Source: a virus. Taken from it: 43,949 nucleotides of DNA. Each line of letters opens with the position of its first letter. The stretch's first letter is position 1. The notes under the pieces are model-generated. The model was not told where the DNA came from. It searched no databases and was given only the letters and a program-made list of their open reading frames with translations. The stretch lies in the IMG/VR virus record IMGVR_UViG_3300045988_155612. One strand, written 5' to 3'. Below, piece by piece: positions 42,390-43,949 of the stretch. A program made the translations under genes and the position numbers.

Positions 42390-42772
42390 ACCAACCTCCT
42401 AAACGCTGCGATAAGCTCCGCGTCGGGGTTTACCATCTTCGCGAGCATTGCGTCAAACTGGTCCTCGAAGGAGCCAGTATCTGCAATCGCAAAGGTAACA
42501 GAGGTGTCGCCCTCAGAAATGCTCTTAGCCGGCGCGTTGAAGTCGTAGACCTCAGAGAGAGCGCCGGAAGCCTTCTTGTCTGTGAGGAACATGCCCGCAG
42601 CCATATCCGCCCAGACATAGAAAAGGCCCTCAGGCACTTCGAACTGATTCGTTCGCGCCTTTAGGGTCGTCTCGGCTTTCTTAATGTTGTAATCAAGTGC
42701 CGCGCTGTCGGCCTCGGTCACGGTATAACCGAGGGCCGACAGTCGGGCGGTTACTGCCGCGAGTATCTCCAT
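42383..42772 (-). CDS. Head-tail connector (gp6-like) protein
   Basis: Immediately after the major capsid gene. 129 aa. Confidence 0.55.
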   Translation of the reverse strand: MEILAAVTARLSALGYTVTEADSAALDYNIKKAETTLKARTNQFEVPEGLFYVWADMAAGMFLTDKKASGALSEVYDFNAPAKSISEGDTSVTFAIADTGSFEDQFDAMLAKMVNPDAELIAAFRRLVW

Positions 42773-42783
42773 GCTGTTCCTCC

Positions 42784-43698
42784 TTAGGCGATTTCGTACC
42801 AGCCCTTAGTCTTCGGATTGTCGCCTTCGCCGGGAGTAACCGCAACATAGCCGTTGCCGACCTTCGAATAGTAGGTCTTAGAGGCAGAAGCAGTCGTGTC
42901 AGTGGAGACCGTCGCGGTGCCCTTGAAAATCTTGACGTCCTTCGTCTCGTCGGTGAGGGCGACCAGATAGTACTTACGGGAGTAAATGCTGTTCTCACGG
43001 GTGTTCGGGTCGCGCTCCTGCTCAACCTCAGTACCCTTCTTATTGAAGAGGGTAACCGCTTCCTTCGTCGCCATGTAGACGGAGCCGCTGACGGCGTCCT
43101 TCTTCGTATAGATGTTCACGCCGGCGACGGTGCCGATATAGCCGTTCTTCGCAAAAGCCTCAACATACTGCAGAGTGTCCTTGAGTTCCTTACGGAGCTC
43201 AGCCACATCCGCAGGAGAGACAAAGGCGAAGATAGTCACGCCCTCAAGGTCCTCGAGAGCGAGAACGGACTGCGCGTCGGCAAAAGCGTCGAAGTTCAGC
43301 TTAGTCACAACGACAACCTGAGTCGCCTTTGCGAACTCGCCGTAAATATCGGCGTTGACAGTGTTGAACATGTCGGTACCCATGTGCTTAGTGCCGACAG
43401 GGACGAGCTGCGGGTCGGTCATAGCCTGCTCATCGTAGTACTTGAATCTGTTCTGAGCAAGCTGAATGCGGTACTCGCGAGGAGTGAAGCCGACCTCAAT
43501 GCTCTTAGAGTTGCCCGCACCCATAGCCAGCTTCTCAGTGCCGTCAGTAGCCTTGTAGACGTTAATCTTACGAAGCATGCCGGCCGTGCCCTCAAGGGCG
43601 TTGTCCACAGTGCAGAAGGTCTGCAAGTCGAGATGGGACTTGTACTGGTCCTCAATCTCGTTGGACAGATAAAAATTGTCGTAAACGGTATTAGCCAT
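42784..43698 (-). CDS. Major capsid protein (HK97 fold inferred)
   Basis: 304 aa, directly after the scaffold gene (TAATG overlap). Confidence 0.8.
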   Translation of the reverse strand: MANTVYDNFYLSNEIEDQYKSHLDLQTFCTVDNALEGTAGMLRKINVYKATDGTEKLAMGAGNSKSIEVGFTPREYRIQLAQNRFKYYDEQAMTDPQLVPVGTKHMGTDMFNTVNADIYGEFAKATQVVVVTKLNFDAFADAQSVLALEDLEGVTIFAFVSPADVAELRKELKDTLQYVEAFAKNGYIGTVAGVNIYTKKDAVSGSVYMATKEAVTLFNKKGTEVEQERDPNTRENSIYSRKYYLVALTDETKDVKIFKGTATVSTDTTASASKTYYSKVGNGYVAVTPGEGDNPKTKGWYEIA

Positions 43699-43894
43699 TA
43701 TTTCGTTCCTCCATCATAAAGTTTTTTGTACTCTTCAGGGTGTTTCTGAGAGAAGTTAAATCTCTCAGTGGGAGAGAGCTTTCTGAAGTTTTCCAGCGTC
43801 AACTTGCCGTCAGGCGCCGGGTCTCCGCTCTCACCGGGCTTAAAGCCCTCAAAATTGTTCTGCTCTTTGGTCTCGAACATAAAACCGCTGTCGG
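43698..43894 (-). CDS. Scaffolding protein, C-terminal part (continuation of 436..1 across the junction)
   Basis: The frame reads ...ADGAVKGLADQIKKLAAAPDSGFMFETKEQ... with no stop between the overlap and the internal Met that the ORF track used as a start. Confidence 0.8.
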
Positions 43895-43949
43895 GCGCGG
43901 CAGCCAGCTTCTTAATCTGGTCAGCCAGACCCTTGACGGCACCGTCCGC
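43895..43949. repeat. Terminal overlap, identical to 1-55
   Basis: Same 55-mer as bases 1-55. Confidence 0.95.

Larger units (their letters stand above)
1..43949. mobile_element. Complete temperate contractile-tailed (PBSX/Xkd-like) dsDNA phage genome, circularly closed contig
   Basis: Packaging, head, sheath/tube/baseplate, lysis, lysogeny and replication modules are all present. The two ends are identical over 55 bp, and the scaffold ORF is continuous across the junction. Confidence 0.9.

Overview
This window is a complete temperate phage genome of about 43.9 kb, assembled as a circular contig: bases 1-55 are identical to 43895-43949, and one gene reads in frame across that junction. Nearly all genes lie on the minus strand. 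Only the lysogeny operon is on the plus strand (XRE repressor, HNH nuclease, large serine recombinase; 17946-20648).

Minus-strand order, from high to low coordinates and wrapping at base 1:
- Packaging and head: late activator, terS, terL, portal, MuF head-morphogenesis protein with a toxin-like C-terminal tail, and a small Cys-rich ORF. Next come the scaffold gene (which spans the junction), the major capsid protein and the connector/neck genes.
- Tail: sheath, tube, chaperone with a -1 frameshift, tape measure, LysM protein, XkdQ/R/S/T-like baseplate and tail fibre.
- Diversity-generating retroelement (DGR): VR1 in the tail fibre, avd, TR and RT.
- Lysis: a CBM5/12-like protein, membrane proteins/holins and an amidase endolysin.
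- Accessory island (20.8-26.2 kb): small acidic ORFs, a truncated MTase-like protein, a second DGR target, an HTH protein, FolD and an SprT-like protease.
- Replication and nucleotide module: Cro-like protein, DUF2800 nuclease, 3D-domain protein, DUF2815 SSB-like protein, family A DNA polymerase, ThyX, dUTPase, dCMP deaminase, primase/VirE helicase, an iteron-like region, VRR-NUC and SNF2.

Strong AGGAGG-type ribosome-binding sites and the gene families suggest a Firmicutes/Clostridia-type host. That host call is an inference.

Main observations:
- The DGR has strictly adenine-specific TR/VR differences at two separate targets, each followed by a matching GC hairpin.
- The MuF protein carries a polymorphic-toxin-like C-terminus.
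- Three families of intergenic repeats are present and are not explained by coding sequence.

All function calls come from reading motifs by eye. No database search was run.
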